Position numbers and translations under genes: made by a program. Below are positions 43,429 to 55,900 of a stretch of DNA of 64,000 nt, in pieces. Position 1 is the stretch's first letter; each line of letters opens with the position of its first letter. Source of the stretch: a virus. Lineage: Duplodnaviria; Caudoviricetes. The DNA lies in IMG/VR virus record IMGVR_UViG_3300047160_018490, positions 1 to 64,000 of that record. One strand, given 5' to 3'. The notes below the pieces were generated by a model that was given only the letters and a program-made list of their open reading frames with translations, searched no databases and was not told the DNA's origin.

Positions 43429-44210
43429 CCCCCCGTGTACTTGGCCAGGAGCGTGAGGGTGTCCTGAGTGTTTGCAGGCAGGACTCCTGAATAGGCCACC
43501 TTGCCATCCTTGGTGGCCAGGACAATCCAGGGCAGAGAGGTGTGGGGCGTCTTGACCAGGGCTTTCCAGAAATCGGTTTCAGCAGAGACATCTACCCCCG
43601 CGTCCCAGATCCTCCAGAGGTGCGTCTTCCCATCGGCATCCAGGGTGGTGTGCCCATCCAGGAAGGTGCGCACGCTCTGGGCATAGAGGATGTCATGCTG
43701 AGGCTGGGGGAGAATTCCCAGGGTGGCGCTATCAAAGAGGATGAGGGCGCCATCGGCCTTCGTGGGAGTAGGCGGCGTGGGGGGTACAGGAGGCACCGGA
43801 GGAGTGGGTGGTGCAGGGGGAGGAGGCGTCCCTACCACCACGTTCGTGACTGCCCGGAGGACGACATCTCCCTGGGCGGCGAAGGCTTCCAGGCGGTACT
43901 TCCCCTCTGTATCAGAGGTGATGAGGACGCTGTTGGGCTTCTTGAGGACCACGTCATCGATGATCTGGAGGTTGTCATCGAGGCTGACCCACTGCACGTT
44001 CTTCGCTGTGGTGGTGGCCGTGACGACGACGTACTTCCCTGCCTTGCACTTCACCTCCGCGGGCAAGGTTAGAGAGGGTGCAGGAGGTGGAGGTGGGGTA
44101 GGGTCCTTGTCCGCGAAGGCAGAGGCGGGTGGCAGCGTCATGAGTCCCAGACCCACCCCTGTGAAGAGGGACAGGAATACCAGGGTCAGGGTGGTGACGA
44201 GCTTTCTCAT
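43425..44210 (-). CDS. exported protein: signal peptide, Ig-like domain, Pro-rich linker, C-terminal alpha/beta domain
   Basis: MRKLVTTLTLVFLSLFTGVGLG; poly-Pro linkers; AAAGGAG RBS. Confidence 0.75.
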   Translation of the reverse strand: MRKLVTTLTLVFLSLFTGVGLGLMTLPPASAFADKDPTPPPPPAPSLTLPAEVKCKAGKYVVVTATTTAKNVQWVSLDDNLQIIDDVVLKKPNSVLITSDTEGKYRLEAFAAQGDVVLRAVTNVVVGTPPPPAPPTPPVPPVPPTPPTPTKADGALILFDSATLGILPQPQHDILYAQSVRTFLDGHTTLDADGKTHLWRIWDAGVDVSAETDFWKALVKTPHTSLPWIVLATKDGKVAYSGVLPANTQDTLTLLAKYTGG

Positions 44211-44650
44211 GTTGCTCCTTTCATATTTGGAGAGGGAGACGGCGGCGAGGGGGGAGGAGGTGTTTTGCCCTCGATGAGACGAGATAGCCTATCCAGCTCT
44301 CCATCACAGTGCCTGCTAATCTCTACCGTCACGGCCCGAAACTCGGCGGCGAGGCCCTTGACGGCTTCACGATGATCTGAAGAGAGCTGAGAGATGGCTG
44401 CCCATTTATGTTCAAGGAGAATGGCGAGCTGCTTATCCTTGTCAGCGAGGATTTTGTCCTTGTCCGCGATGAGGGCTTGCAACATCCTGTCATTGGCTGG
44501 CAGCCTCACATAACAGAGCCAGGCGAGCACCGCTCCGAGGAGGCCAGTGCCGACCCAACCAGCACCCCCTGCCAAACTCTCCGCAACGTCCGCGGCGAGG
44601 ACAAGGGGCATGGCGACCAATATAGCTACAGGGATGGTAGCTTGCAACAT
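44207..44650 (-). CDS. membrane protein with coiled-coil C-terminus (holin-like)
   Basis: hydrophobic N-terminus plus GWVGTGLLGAVLAWL. Confidence 0.55.
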   Translation of the reverse strand: MLQATIPVAILVAMPLVLAADVAESLAGGAGWVGTGLLGAVLAWLCYVRLPANDRMLQALIADKDKILADKDKQLAILLEHKWAAISQLSSDHREAVKGLAAEFRAVTVEISRHCDGELDRLSRLIEGKTPPPPSPPSPSPNMKGAT

Positions 44651-44653
44651 CTA

Positions 44654-44995
44654 TCAGGGTTTGGATGGCCACCGCGTATCAAGCATCAACTGAATGTCCT
44701 TGCAGACCCCCTCGATGCGAGTTTGCAGACCCCAGTGCTTCTCCCTCGCCTCCTTGAAATCTAGCCCCAGGGCCTCCAGCTTGTCAGTGATATCCGTGTG
44801 GACTAACCTACCCTCCAGCAGCTCGCTGTTCATTCGCTGCTGGTTTGTTTCGATCTGCCTGAGCTGGCAGGCTATAGTAATGAAACCACCTGATGCTGTG
44901 AGGAGGCAGCAGAAGATTCCTCCCACCACGAAGTACGCAAGGGGAGTATCCTTCGGTTCCAGGACCGCTACGGCGAGGACCGCCATGCAGGTCAA
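44654..44995 (-). CDS. membrane protein with coiled coil
   Basis: YFVVGGIFCCLLTASGGFITIA; start uncertain. Confidence 0.5.
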   Translation of the reverse strand: MTCMAVLAVAVLEPKDTPLAYFVVGGIFCCLLTASGGFITIACQLRQIETNQQRMNSELLEGRLVHTDITDKLEALGLDFKEAREKHWGLQTRIEGVCKDIQLMLDTRWPSKP

Positions 44996-45036
44996 AAACC
45001 CAGAAACGATCAGCCCAAAGCCTGCAAGGTTGTAGT

Positions 45037-46962
45037 TCAGGCTCTTCCCCCTGTGACTTGCATGATCTTCCTCCCCAGGGCCTGGATACGGGCGAGGACT
45101 TCAGGGGCGATCCTTCCCTTCACGGGGCGCCTCCGAGGAAGTGCTCTCCTTCCTGTACCCTTGCAGATGCGGCAGCCAGCTCCCTTGCAGGTGGCGCACT
45201 TGTCCATCTCGCCATCCCCTTCTTCCATGTCCTTCACCTCCTCAGCGAGGTTGGCAGGAGAGGGGCGCCTCTCCCTGGGGTTCATGAGGCCACCAGAGGG
45301 CCACCCAGGGATGACATCCTTCAGCTCCTCGGGGTTGCCCTCATCTTGCAAGTTTACCCCCGCGCCCATCCCCTGGCGGAGAGCAGCCTCTCCTGGGTCT
45401 TCCAGGTTCTCGCCAGCGCCCATGCCTTGCCTCAGGAGGGCCTCTCCCGGGTTCTGGAGGTGCTCTACCTCCTTCAGCTCATCCGGGTTGCCTTCGTCCT
45501 CCAGGTGGGCTCCTGCACCCATTCCCTGCCTCAGGGCGGCCTCTCCTGGATCGGGGAGGTTCACGCCTGCCCCCTCTCCCTGGCGAAGGGCGGCCTCACC
45601 AGGGTCTTGCAGATGGGCATCCTGCCGGTCTTCGAGGTCCTTGGGGCGCCCTCTGGCTGGAGCGCCACGAGGGGGGGTCTGCCGCATGGGGACTCCTGGG
45701 CCCTTCTGCCTGATGAGGTAGGGCCGCCCATCCTTTCCCCAGCGAATCCTGTGCTTGAGGATGAACCATTGCAGCGTCTTGGGGTTCTGGTAGCGCTCCA
45801 GGATCTCGTCATCGTCCTCGCTGCCAGGGGCTTCTCCAGCTCCACCTCCTGCGCCACCACCAGGAGGCTGATGCCCTTCCAGAGCTTCCTCTTCAGGAGT
45901 CTCCTCCCCTGCGAAAGGCTGGGCGTCACCGTGACCTCCCTCTCCCTGGTTGGTATCGAGGTCGCTGCTTCCAGGGGGCGCTGCACTTCCCTGTCCTTCA
46001 GGAGTATCTCTTCCTCTCTCCAGCTCCTCGATGGCTGCTCTCTCGATGGCCTCCAGCTCGGCCATCTGCTGCGGGTCCAGGTTACCTGCACCTGCCGCTC
46101 CCTGATCTTCTCCGCCCTGCACCACGCCATCCTGCTCACCAGGAGGAATTTCTGGCTGCCTCCCCGAGATGCCGAGGTCACCAGGAGGGATCTCTCCCTC
46201 CTCCACGCTGCCTTCTTCCCCTGGGTGGGCCTCATGGCCACCCTTCTCAGGATCGACCTCCAGGGCCTTGGAATACTTGCGCGTGTACCCCTTCTTGGCC
46301 TCTCCTCCAGGGGCGCCGATGCCGTGATGTTCAGAGAGGAGATTGCGCAGATGCTGCATGATGCCAGGGAGCTTGTCTACCCCCAGCTTCTGAAGCTCCT
46401 GAGCGATCTTGGGGTGATCCATCATCGGCAGGATATCCCGGATGTAGTCCACTCCTGTACCCAGGTGGTCGTGCAGGTCTCTGAGGACTCGCGCACTCTG
46501 CTTTACAGGAGTGGAGTCCCCTTTTCCTCCCTGAGAGGGGGTTCCTCCCCGGGGGGAAGGAGGGGTAGAAGGAGCAGGGCCCTTGATCTCATCTGGGGAG
46601 CCTACAGCCTTACCGCGGGTTCTGGTGGTCATCTGCTTGCCCTCTCTTACATTCCGGCCGAAGTGCATCAGTTCATGAGGCTCTGCGGTTGTCTCGTCAC
46701 CCCACTCATCCCAGGAGCTGCGACGGCGGTTGTAGTGCGTCCTTATCTTGATACCACCTTCATGGGGCGGAACGCTATAGACTTCTCCGTACTCACCCCT
46801 GTAAGGGTGGTTTGTACCATAGCGGATATAGACTACATCTTCAGGGTTAAATTCTTGCCCCCCTGCTTCCTCTTCCTCCGGCTGCTTCTCCTGCTCGGGA
46901 GGCCACCTCTCCTCAGGGACCAGGTAACCTCCTGCGGCTCCTGAACTTTCATTGAGGGCCAT
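45037..46962 (-). CDS. scaffold-like head protein with capsid-like N-terminal peptide, KOW/SH3-like domain, tandem repeats and CxxCxGxG finger
   Basis: ATG 46962 after GGAG gives MALNESSGAAGGYLVPEE; 4x (D/N)PGEA(A/L)LRQGxGAG; CATCKGAGCRICKGTG. Confidence 0.75.
   Translation of the reverse strand: MALNESSGAAGGYLVPEERWPPEQEKQPEEEEAGGQEFNPEDVVYIRYGTNHPYRGEYGEVYSVPPHEGGIKIRTHYNRRRSSWDEWGDETTAEPHELMHFGRNVREGKQMTTRTRGKAVGSPDEIKGPAPSTPPSPRGGTPSQGGKGDSTPVKQSARVLRDLHDHLGTGVDYIRDILPMMDHPKIAQELQKLGVDKLPGIMQHLRNLLSEHHGIGAPGGEAKKGYTRKYSKALEVDPEKGGHEAHPGEEGSVEEGEIPPGDLGISGRQPEIPPGEQDGVVQGGEDQGAAGAGNLDPQQMAELEAIERAAIEELERGRDTPEGQGSAAPPGSSDLDTNQGEGGHGDAQPFAGEETPEEEALEGHQPPGGGAGGGAGEAPGSEDDDEILERYQNPKTLQWFILKHRIRWGKDGRPYLIRQKGPGVPMRQTPPRGAPARGRPKDLEDRQDAHLQDPGEAALRQGEGAGVNLPDPGEAALRQGMGAGAHLEDEGNPDELKEVEHLQNPGEALLRQGMGAGENLEDPGEAALRQGMGAGVNLQDEGNPEELKDVIPGWPSGGLMNPRERRPSPANLAEEVKDMEEGDGEMDKCATCKGAGCRICKGTGRRALPRRRPVKGRIAPEVLARIQALGRKIMQVTGGRA
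45317..45620 (-). repeat. intragenic tandem peptide repeats
   Basis: DPGEAALRQG(E/M)GAG-like x4 and DEGNP(D/E)ELK x2. Confidence 0.8.
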
Positions 46963-46963
46963 C

Positions 46964-49900
46964 TTATTCTTCTCCATAAAGATACCCATGAGGCAGGTGC
47001 TCATAGAATGCAGCAATACTAGTCCTTGCCTCCTGGGTCAACTCATGCCAGGGGCGAGGGTAATTAGGATGGTTGGGGTCCTGAATGGGGTGGGCAGCCC
47101 TCGCGTTCTCCCAGCGAGTCATGGGATCTGGCTCGGCGTCGTTATGATATTCCTCTTCTGGCTGCTTCTCTACATCCCCTTCTAGAGCGTTCTCCTCCTC
47201 CTCTCCTCCCTCACCGAAAAGGGCGCCATGAGGTAGATGAGAGTAGAGGTCTGCTATGTGCCCTCTCTCACCTTGAGGCATCCTGTCCCAGGCAGCTCCG
47301 GGACCAATCTCTGGGTAATGCTCGGCCAGGTACTCACTGGCTCTTCCATACCTCTCCGAGGGGTCGTTGTAGGGAGTCTCCGCGGGGAGGTGTTCTTCCT
47401 CCTCTTCTCCCTCTGCCTTCTCCCACTCCTCCCAGTAGGGATCTACCTTCTCCCCGGGGGAAGAGGAAGGAGGATGTTCCCACTCCTCCCAGTAGGGCTC
47501 GGAAGTAGGAGGCTTGGGGTTTCTGGCGTCATGCTCCCACGCCTCGTAGTAGGGATCGTGGGCGGCCTTCTCCTCCTCTTCTGGCTCTACCGTATGTTCA
47601 GAAGGATGAGGCCCTGGGTCGCCTACCATCTGGAAATACTGGCGGTTGGATTGTCTCTCTCCCTGAGACAAACCTTCCCAGGGAGTAAGAGGATGTTGAG
47701 GATGCTGCTCTTCCCAGTAGCGCCTGTGAGACTCCCACCTCTCTTCAGGAGACCTGGGAGGGGGGTTAGAAGACTGCTTCTCCTCGTCTTCCACTCCCTC
47801 GTAGTATTCCTCACGCTCAAACGGCCCTGGGGTATGCTCCTCCCATTCGGGGTATTCCTCGTCCTCTGAGGCTTCAGAATGGTGCCTGGGGGTTGGTAGA
47901 GGGTGTCTGCAGCCTTCATGGTATCCCTGAGACATCTCGCTCCAGGTGGGGCGCACATGGACCCCTGGATTCAGCGCCTCCCGGTCTATGTCATGACGCC
48001 TGTGAGTTTCCCATACCTCATCCGGGGTGATACTGGCTTTTCCCTCCTCCAGAAATCTCTCATGCTCGCCTGGTTGATATTCCTCCCACTCAGGATACTC
48101 CAGGTGAGAGGGGTGTTCGGAGTGGTGGGCGGGTTCTGGATGAAAACCAGTCTCCGGGCTAACCCCTTGCAGGACATCTCTACCAGTTTGGGAAATTTCC
48201 TCCCAGGGCTCGCGGGGGCCGAAGTAGCCTATAGGATGGCGTCTTCGGAAGGATTCATACCAGTCATCGAGAGAACGGGGTGCCTTCTCCTCCTCAAAGT
48301 CCGAGACTACAGTAGCCTCCGCCCTGTGAGGACCCTCGTCCTCCTCGTGCGCGTACCTTGTAGCCTGACGGTCGCGGGTAGACTGCGAGAGTCCTTCCCA
48401 GGGCCTACCCTCTGACCCAGTCCTTCCATACCTCTCCTGGCTCTGATGGCGGGAGGTCTGGTAGCGCTCATCAGGAGTGCGGGGAGCTTTCTCTTCCTCT
48501 TCAGGGTATGCCCACTCAGGAGGCTCATTCTCTCCCAGAGGGCTTCCCCTCTCCCCTTCTCCTTCTTCCTCTTCTGGGGGGGTGTCCTCATCGTAGGGGT
48601 CCACGTAGCCAGTATGCTGTCTCAGTCCAGCGTAATAGTCCCGCAAGTTTTGGTTGAGGTCACGCCAGTGGAGGCCGGTGGTTCCCCTTCTCCTGGCAGA
48701 TTCCCACGCCTCGTCATGGGATCGGGGAGCTTTCTCTTCCTCAAGTGGCTCCCACTCAGGGTACTCCTGAATTTCGCTTTGCTCTGAGGGGTGGAAGCCA
48801 GGGTCCCTTACCATACCAGGCACGAGATCCCTCTGACCCTGGGTGAGATTCTCCCATTTTCTACCGCTGCCACTGCCTCTATCCTCTCTATATCTCCTCT
48901 CAGACTCCCACACCTCATCAGGAGCACGGCGGAAGGGCTGGCCTTCTTCCTTCCTCCTCTCCAGCCTCGCCTTCAGCCTCCTGTATTGCGGAGCTACCTT
49001 CTCCCCGATACCAGGTATCTGCTCGTTGATGCCAGGGCGAATATGAGCGGGAGGGCGAAGAGGAGCATCCTCTGCCTCGTTGATGGTCCTACCACGATTA
49101 AGCTCATCAGCATGTGCCTGAGCCTCCGCAAGAGTGTCGTGGTCCCCAGCGGAGCCAAAGAAGTAGGGGTGTTCCGGGTCAAATGTCCCCTCGGGGCCGA
49201 AGTGGGGGTGGAACTCGGTGGGGTAGACTCCATATCTCCCTGGCTGCTCGTGGTGTGGGCGAGCTTCATAGTAGGGGGCGCCTGGGTTGGCTGTAATGGC
49301 AGGATTCCCCTCTGGCTGCTTCTGTACCCCCTTCTCTGCGTCCAGCCTCCTGTAGCCAGCAGAGTGGGCCAGTTGGTAGTGCATGTCCCCAATCCAGTCA
49401 TTGGCCTCATCAATGTTTTGGGCAACGAAGACGGGATCATGGGTCATCCCTGCTGGGTGCTGGGGAGAGCGGTGGACATCAAAGGTGCCTGGCTCATCCT
49501 CTCTCTCTACCATGTGATACCAGGTCGCCGGCCTGCCTGTGCGGAGGTCGTGGATGGCCTTCCCCTCGATGCCAGGGAGCTGCTCATTCCTCGCCGGTCT
49601 GTTCTGGACCCCTCTTCCACGCCTGGCCCTCGCAGTCCCTGTCATCGTGGCCCACATTCCCTCCTGGAGCCTCCGGGCATGGGCATGGGCCTCCTCGGCA
49701 GTCTGATGCGGTGGGAGCGGGTTCTGCGGGTTTTCTATGTTACGGCGAAGAGGATGGTGCTCGGAGGGGGTGACAGCATGAGCCCCTTCCTCAGTGGGCT
49801 CAACATCCCAGTAAGGGTGCCCAGGGTTGGCCGTTACTACCGCGCCCTGCTCCTCCTCTCCTTCCACCTTGGGGGCCTTTTCCACCCCTTCTTCCAGAGC

Positions 49901-52900
49901 GTTTTCCTCTTCTTCAGGGGGTAAATGGAGATCGGGGTCCTCGTACATGCTTTCGTAATTACGCGCAATACCACCAGCATACTCTTCCGTCATGGGGCCA
50001 GTAACTGGGCCTTCTCCGTGGGAATGAAACGCTGGGTGTTCCCGCGTTCGATAGACGCTGTAGCGCCCTGGGCGAACTGGTGATAGCCTGGTCTCGTAGA
50101 ACCTGAGTTCTCCTGTCTTGGGGTCCGCCTTCTCTTCCACCCCCTCCAGACCCTTGTTGGGCTTCTCCCCTGCCTCCTCCAGCGAGGAGTAGCACACGCG
50201 ATGGGCTTTCCCCGCGTCTGCACCCTCTGCTTCCAGATCAGCGATGCAGCGCTCCATCCTCTCCGTGTGGTAGTGGTGGGGGTGCTCCACGTTGGGCTTC
50301 CGGATCTCTTCCCCTTCGAGGTCTTTCTCTTCCTCTGCTGGGTTGAGAGGAGTGCAGTTAGGAGAGAGGTGCGCCATCCGGTTGATGGACTCCTGGGCCC
50401 GCTGGTTCTGCCTCTCTGCCTCCTCTTCTGCCTCTGCCTGCGTGCAGTGGAGAGACCACCCCACTCCTGTACGGCGGGATGCTACCTGGTAAAGCTCCGG
50501 CTGCTCCTCGCTGGGGCGGACGTAGAAGTGTCCTGGGCTCTCTTCTCCTCCTTCTGCCTTCTCCCGGGGAATAGGAGATACCCTGTTCTCGTAGGGGTGG
50601 TTGAGGTCAGGGTTGTGACCCACCAGGAAGCGGTACGCAACACCTTGGACGCGCTTCCCTGTCTTGGGATCTACTGCTTTCTCCTCCTTACCCTGATCCC
50701 ACGCCTGGAAATACTGCTCGCCAGTCCAATGCCCTCTACCAGGATTGTCTGTATAGCGGTCAGCATGGGCATTCAACTCATCCGCTCGCTGCTGGGCTTC
50801 TTCGAGTTCATATCGGCCCACGTCGCGGTTTCCATCTGGATCGACAAGGGAGTGCGTGCCATCCTCATTGGGCACAACCCTCCAGTGGAGTGATTGCTTC
50901 CTTCTCTGCAAGCGGTCCCACAGCCTCTTGCACTTCTTCTCCGCGATGGTGCCACTCTCATCCTCTGGCACCTCCGTCTGATCTCCCCACTTCTCGAACT
51001 CCCTGACCTTCTCTGCTTCTGCCTCCGCCTCCGCCTGCGTCTGGTGAGAAGAGGTAAACCACACCTCCCCGTTGGCCCGTGTGTGCCGCACCAGGTAGGG
51101 ATACACCGTCCTCCCTGGGCGGTAGATGACATCTACCTTCTTCTCCACTTCCAGTTCAGGAGTGTCCCCAGTTTCGATGTCCGAGCCCTCTCCAGGGTTA
51201 GTCTCGGGAGGGATGCCTGTTCTATCAATCTCTCCAGGAGTGCCCCTTCCTGCTTCCATGTCGGCCTGGTTGGCGTCCTTCTCAGAGGGGTGAGGTGTCT
51301 CGTCTACTACTCCCATACTCCCGTGCCGCCAATTCAATTGGCTTGTGCAGTACCTTACCTCCTCTGGGGTGGCAGCGTAGTAGACATGCCTACCAGTGCG
51401 GGCATGAACGATCTCATAAGGGAGGTGCTCTATACCCGTTCTCCTGGCCTCGTAGAGGGGCTCGTCCTGGCCTGTAAGGGGGTCTTCTGTACTGTCCTTC
51501 TCTTCAGGAGCAGGGAGGTTGACTCTCGGGTTATCGGGCCCTTGCAGCTCGCCACTCATGATCCTCTGGTGGGCAGCCTCCTGGTAATCGCGGGCCATAT
51601 CCTCCGCTTCCCAGTGGGGGTGGAGGTGAGATGCCAGGCGCCCTCTACCGCCCTCTGGATGAGATCCAGTCCTATATAGAGCGTCGAAGTCCTCAATGCT
51701 GGGATGCTCCCGCAGTTCATAGAAGGGCTCCATCTTCTCCCCCGTCTTGGGGTCCAGGGCCTTCTCCTCCCTCTCCGGCTCCATCTGGTACCGCGGTGGC
51801 GTGCCTTCGGTATCCCGGACCCACTGGCGGTTTTCCTCTGCATGCCTGTCCTGCATTGCCAGCTCGTCCAGGGAGTTCTCGGCAAACTGCTCTACCTGCC
51901 TGTGGGCCTCTTCAGGAGTACGGAACCCCCCTGTGCGCAATCCAGCCTGTCCTAGAGGGTGCTGCTCCGTGCGGACGATCTGGTAGGCGCCAGGGATGTG
52001 TGGGTCCTCCTCCACGCGCCACCAGGGATGATTCTGCTTCTTCATCTCCTTGTTAGGCGCCCAGATCGTCTCCAGCAGGTTCTCCTCCGCAATGTGAGCA
52101 ATCGTCTCCGCCTCGTGCTGCGTCCTGTAGCCAGTCAGGCTTCTCGCATCCCTGCCCTCGGGGTGGAACATGGTAGGGATGACATCGAAGGTCCCTGGGT
52201 TCTCCTCGCTCTCCTGGACGTGGTAGAAGGACTTTTCCACTGCTCCTGAGAGAGCATTCTCCTCCTCTGCAGGGATGTTGGCCGCCTCCGTCCTCTGCTG
52301 GCTTACCAGATTGGCGTAGTGCCTCCTGGTGGCTTCCTGCTGCCTGGCGTGCTGAGTGGCCCATCTCGCTCCGGCGGCGGCCTCCTCATGAGATGTGTAG
52401 CCACCAAAGCCTGAGTAGCGCCCTGCCCTGCCATGAGGATGGTGCTCCGAGTAGTGAAGGTCATACCTCTCAGGGTCGTCCTCGTTCTGCTGCACCGTGA
52501 ACCAGGGAGGAGAGGTGTCTTTACTCACACTACCTCCTGCAACCTTCTGGCTCTCTTCCCAGGTAGCCTGATCCATACGGGACTGGACGGTGTCCTCGTG
52601 CATATCTCTGGCAAGTTCCCTGGCCTCTTCCGGAGTGAGGTGTCTGTGCGGTACTCGGTCTGAGGGATATTGGTGGATATTGGGGTGGTCAGGGGTCCGA
52701 AAGATCCGTGGGCGCCCGTTTTCGTCCCTGACTCCGTAGTAGGGCTTATCGTGGAAGCCCTTCTCCTCCTCATTCCTTCTGTGGATGTCCTCTGTCCTCA
52801 GAGAGACATTCTCTGCGAGCTGTGCCTGGATGCGGTCTATGACTTCCTGGGCCTCCTGAGTGGAGGTGTAAGGGCCACCACCCCAGATGGGCTTGCCCTG

Positions 52901-55900
52901 ATGGTCTCTGCCACCCAAGGGGTGCTCGTCCGTCCTCCAGATGTCATGGGTGCCTGGTACGTTGGGGCGCTCCACAATCTTGTACCAGGGCGGGCGGTCT
53001 TTTCTCACTCCTGAAGAGAGGGCATCCTCGTGGTGCTGTGGGGCATCCCACTGCTCGGGGTCTTCATTTCTAGACCATTCCAGTTGCCGTAACCCGGCTT
53101 CGGCACTGGCTTCCTCCCTGGAGTCACGGGTTGTGAGGGGGTAAGACATCAGTCCAGGAGTGGCGTAGGGATGGTGCTCACTCCTGTAGACTCCCCATCT
53201 CCCTTCAGGGGTCTGGCGGACGTGGAAGTAGCGGTATCCTTTCTCCACTCCTTCGGAGAGGGCATGTGTAACAGGAAGACCATGTCCATGACCGAGGTCA
53301 TCCGTTCTTACCTTCTCCAGGTCCTGTGCGCCATCCAGGGCGTCTTCCTCGGTGTCATAGCGGGTGGGTCCCACGGGAATGGTTTGATCCCCAGACTGGA
53401 AGAAGGGATGAGACTCAGTGCGGAAGATTCCATAACCCTCCTGATAGGGCTTGACCTCGAAGAAACCCTTCTCCACTCCTGAAGAGAGAGCAGCCTGCAA
53501 GTATTGAGGTGGGGGATGGTGTAGCGCCCTATCTTTGATACTCTCCGTTGTATCTTCCACCAGAGACTGAGCCTCTTCCCTGCTTCCCAGGAGGTAAGTG
53601 TTTACCCGCATTCCAGGTCTTCCCCAGGGATGGTGTGCAGTACGGTAAACACTCCAAAAAGTCGGGTGGTCCTCGTCTTCCCGTGCCTCGTACCACGGGC
53701 CTTGCTTCTCCACCCTCTCCTCTAACCCCCTTGCTATCCTTTCCCCCGGGGGAAGCATGGAGAATGGATGCTCTCTGGGGTTGCCTGTGCCTCTGGGGGC
53801 GTCATCATACTCCGGGCCCAAAGACTCCATGTGCCTGGCCCAGTCTCTGGCCTCTCCGTGATCCAGGAAGGAGAGATGAGAGTGCCTCACTCCTGAAGGG
53901 GAGACAACCTGGAAGTGACCCATATCCGGGTCATGCTCCACGCTCCACTTACCGGATGGTTTGTCTTCTATTGGAGGGACGTAGGGGGCGGTGGCGCCTG
54001 TGCTCTCTTCTTCCTTTCCTTTCTCCACACCTCCAGAGAGGGAGTTCTCCTCGACCTGGAGAGGGATGTCACTGATCCCTGGTTCTTCTTCACCGCGCCA
54101 CAGGTCGTACTGTCTCTGCCCAGCAGCGATCCAGGCATCCTCGTGGCTGGCATGGGTGGAGAGAGGCGCCTCATCAGGCCCATGAGGGCCGTATGGGTGG
54201 CGCCCACTTCGGTAGACTCCATACCCTCCTTCTGGGGTTGGGAGGACCAGGTAGTGGCTGTAGTTCTTCTCCACCTCTTCTCCCTGATAGACGATGGAGC
54301 CGTATGTGCCCTCAGAAGGCTCCGTCTGGCCGCCGAGGGAGTTCTCCTCGATGTCCGGAACATTCACGCCCCTGTTTTTTCCCTCCTTGTACCAACCATC
54401 TACTGCGTCCTGGAGTCTGTCTGCTCTCTCCTGCTGCTCTTCCAGAGTGTTGGGACGGAAGGGGGTTATTCCCTCTCCCATAGGATGGTGCTCAGTACGA
54501 TATAGCAGGTACAGCTTACCACCTGGGTTCTGTACAATCCGGTAGTAGGGCCTCTGGAGGGCTTTCTCCACTCCCTCCAGGGCGTCCTCCAGATCCATCC
54601 TCTCCATGAGGGTCCTGTGTGTCTGATCGTGCAGCCTCTGGGCTTCTTCCTCGGCAAGACCCTGGGTGGTATGGTCTGGAGACTCGGGAGAGGAGAGTCT
54701 TCCCTTGGGGTGGTAGGAAGACCTCCATACGTCGTAGTTCCCAGCCGGGCGCTGGTGGACCTCGTAGAAGTAGTGTGGGGATAGGTCCTTCTCCACACTG
54801 CCTTCCAGGGCATTCTCCTCATAGGCTGGAAGGCCCTGCCCCATGCCCAATCTCTCTGTCTGCATCCTCACCTCGCTAGCCGTTAGCTCGCGTGCCATGT
54901 CGTGGGCAGAACCCTCCTCAAGGCCTCCGATGATAACCATTCCTGCGTCACCACCTGGGTGGGTGGCAGAGCGGCGGACCTCGAACTGACCCTGGCGCCG
55001 GCCTTCGTGGACCTCATAGTAAGAAGGTGGTTCAGGAGTACCCTCATCTTTCTGCACACCTCCCTCCAGAGCGTGCTGCACAGGAGGGGTGTAGGGGAGG
55101 CCCTGACTCTGGCCTGCCCAGTCTGTCTCTATGCTACGAGAGCGTGCAAACCTTCTCGTCCTCTCCTGTGCGTCTGCCTCTGCCTGCTCTGGATCCTGGA
55201 AGTGGGTGATCCTGGCCTCTCCATAAGGGTGCTGGGAGGTACGCCACACCTCATGCCTCTCCCCTCTGGAGCGGACCTCGTAAAGGGGAGGAACTCCGGT
55301 GTCTTTCTCCACCCACCCAGAGAGGGAGTGCTGCACAAGGGGTGTAGGTGGTAGACCCTGCTCTCTTCCCAGTCTGGACGTGTCCATGTTCTGGTAGCGA
55401 GTGGCCCCCAGACGGTAAATATCACTTATAGTCCTGGCACGTTCGCCTGCCTCTTCCTGGGTTGAGTAAGGACCCATACCAAGGTCCTCCCCACGAGAGG
55501 GAGCGTAGGGGTGCTCCTGAGAGCGGCGAACACGCCATCCTTCTCCCTCCACCTCGTAGGGCTCATAGAACTGGGGGAGCTTCTCCAGGGCGGTGGCTAC
55601 CTCCTCAGGAGTGGCACCAGCTTTCTCTATACTTCCTTCCAGGGAGTATTGCTGTATGTGAGGGGGTTGGTTGACTGGTAGACCCTGGTTTTGCCCCAGT
55701 TCGTCTGTCAGTCTCCGCTCCCACCTTCCTGCGTAGTGCCTGGCATCCTCTTCCAGGTGAAACCTGGCCAGGGGGGAGTCTCCGTGTTCGCCAACCATCG
55801 AGGTTGCATTCCAGGGGTGGTTTGCTGTCCGGAAGACGCCATAGCCGCCCGCATGCGGGCGGACCTCGTAGAAGGACTTTTCCACGCTGCCTTCCAGGGC

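Noticed and set aside
45058-46944. 628-aa plus-strand ORF
   Set aside because: Antisense shadow of the 641-aa head protein; Leu-rich mirror composition, no RBS or motifs
46960-47016. Frameshift or readthrough fusing the 3055-aa and 641-aa proteins
   Set aside because: No slippery heptamer seen; the downstream gene has its own GGAG RBS and ATG one base after the stop
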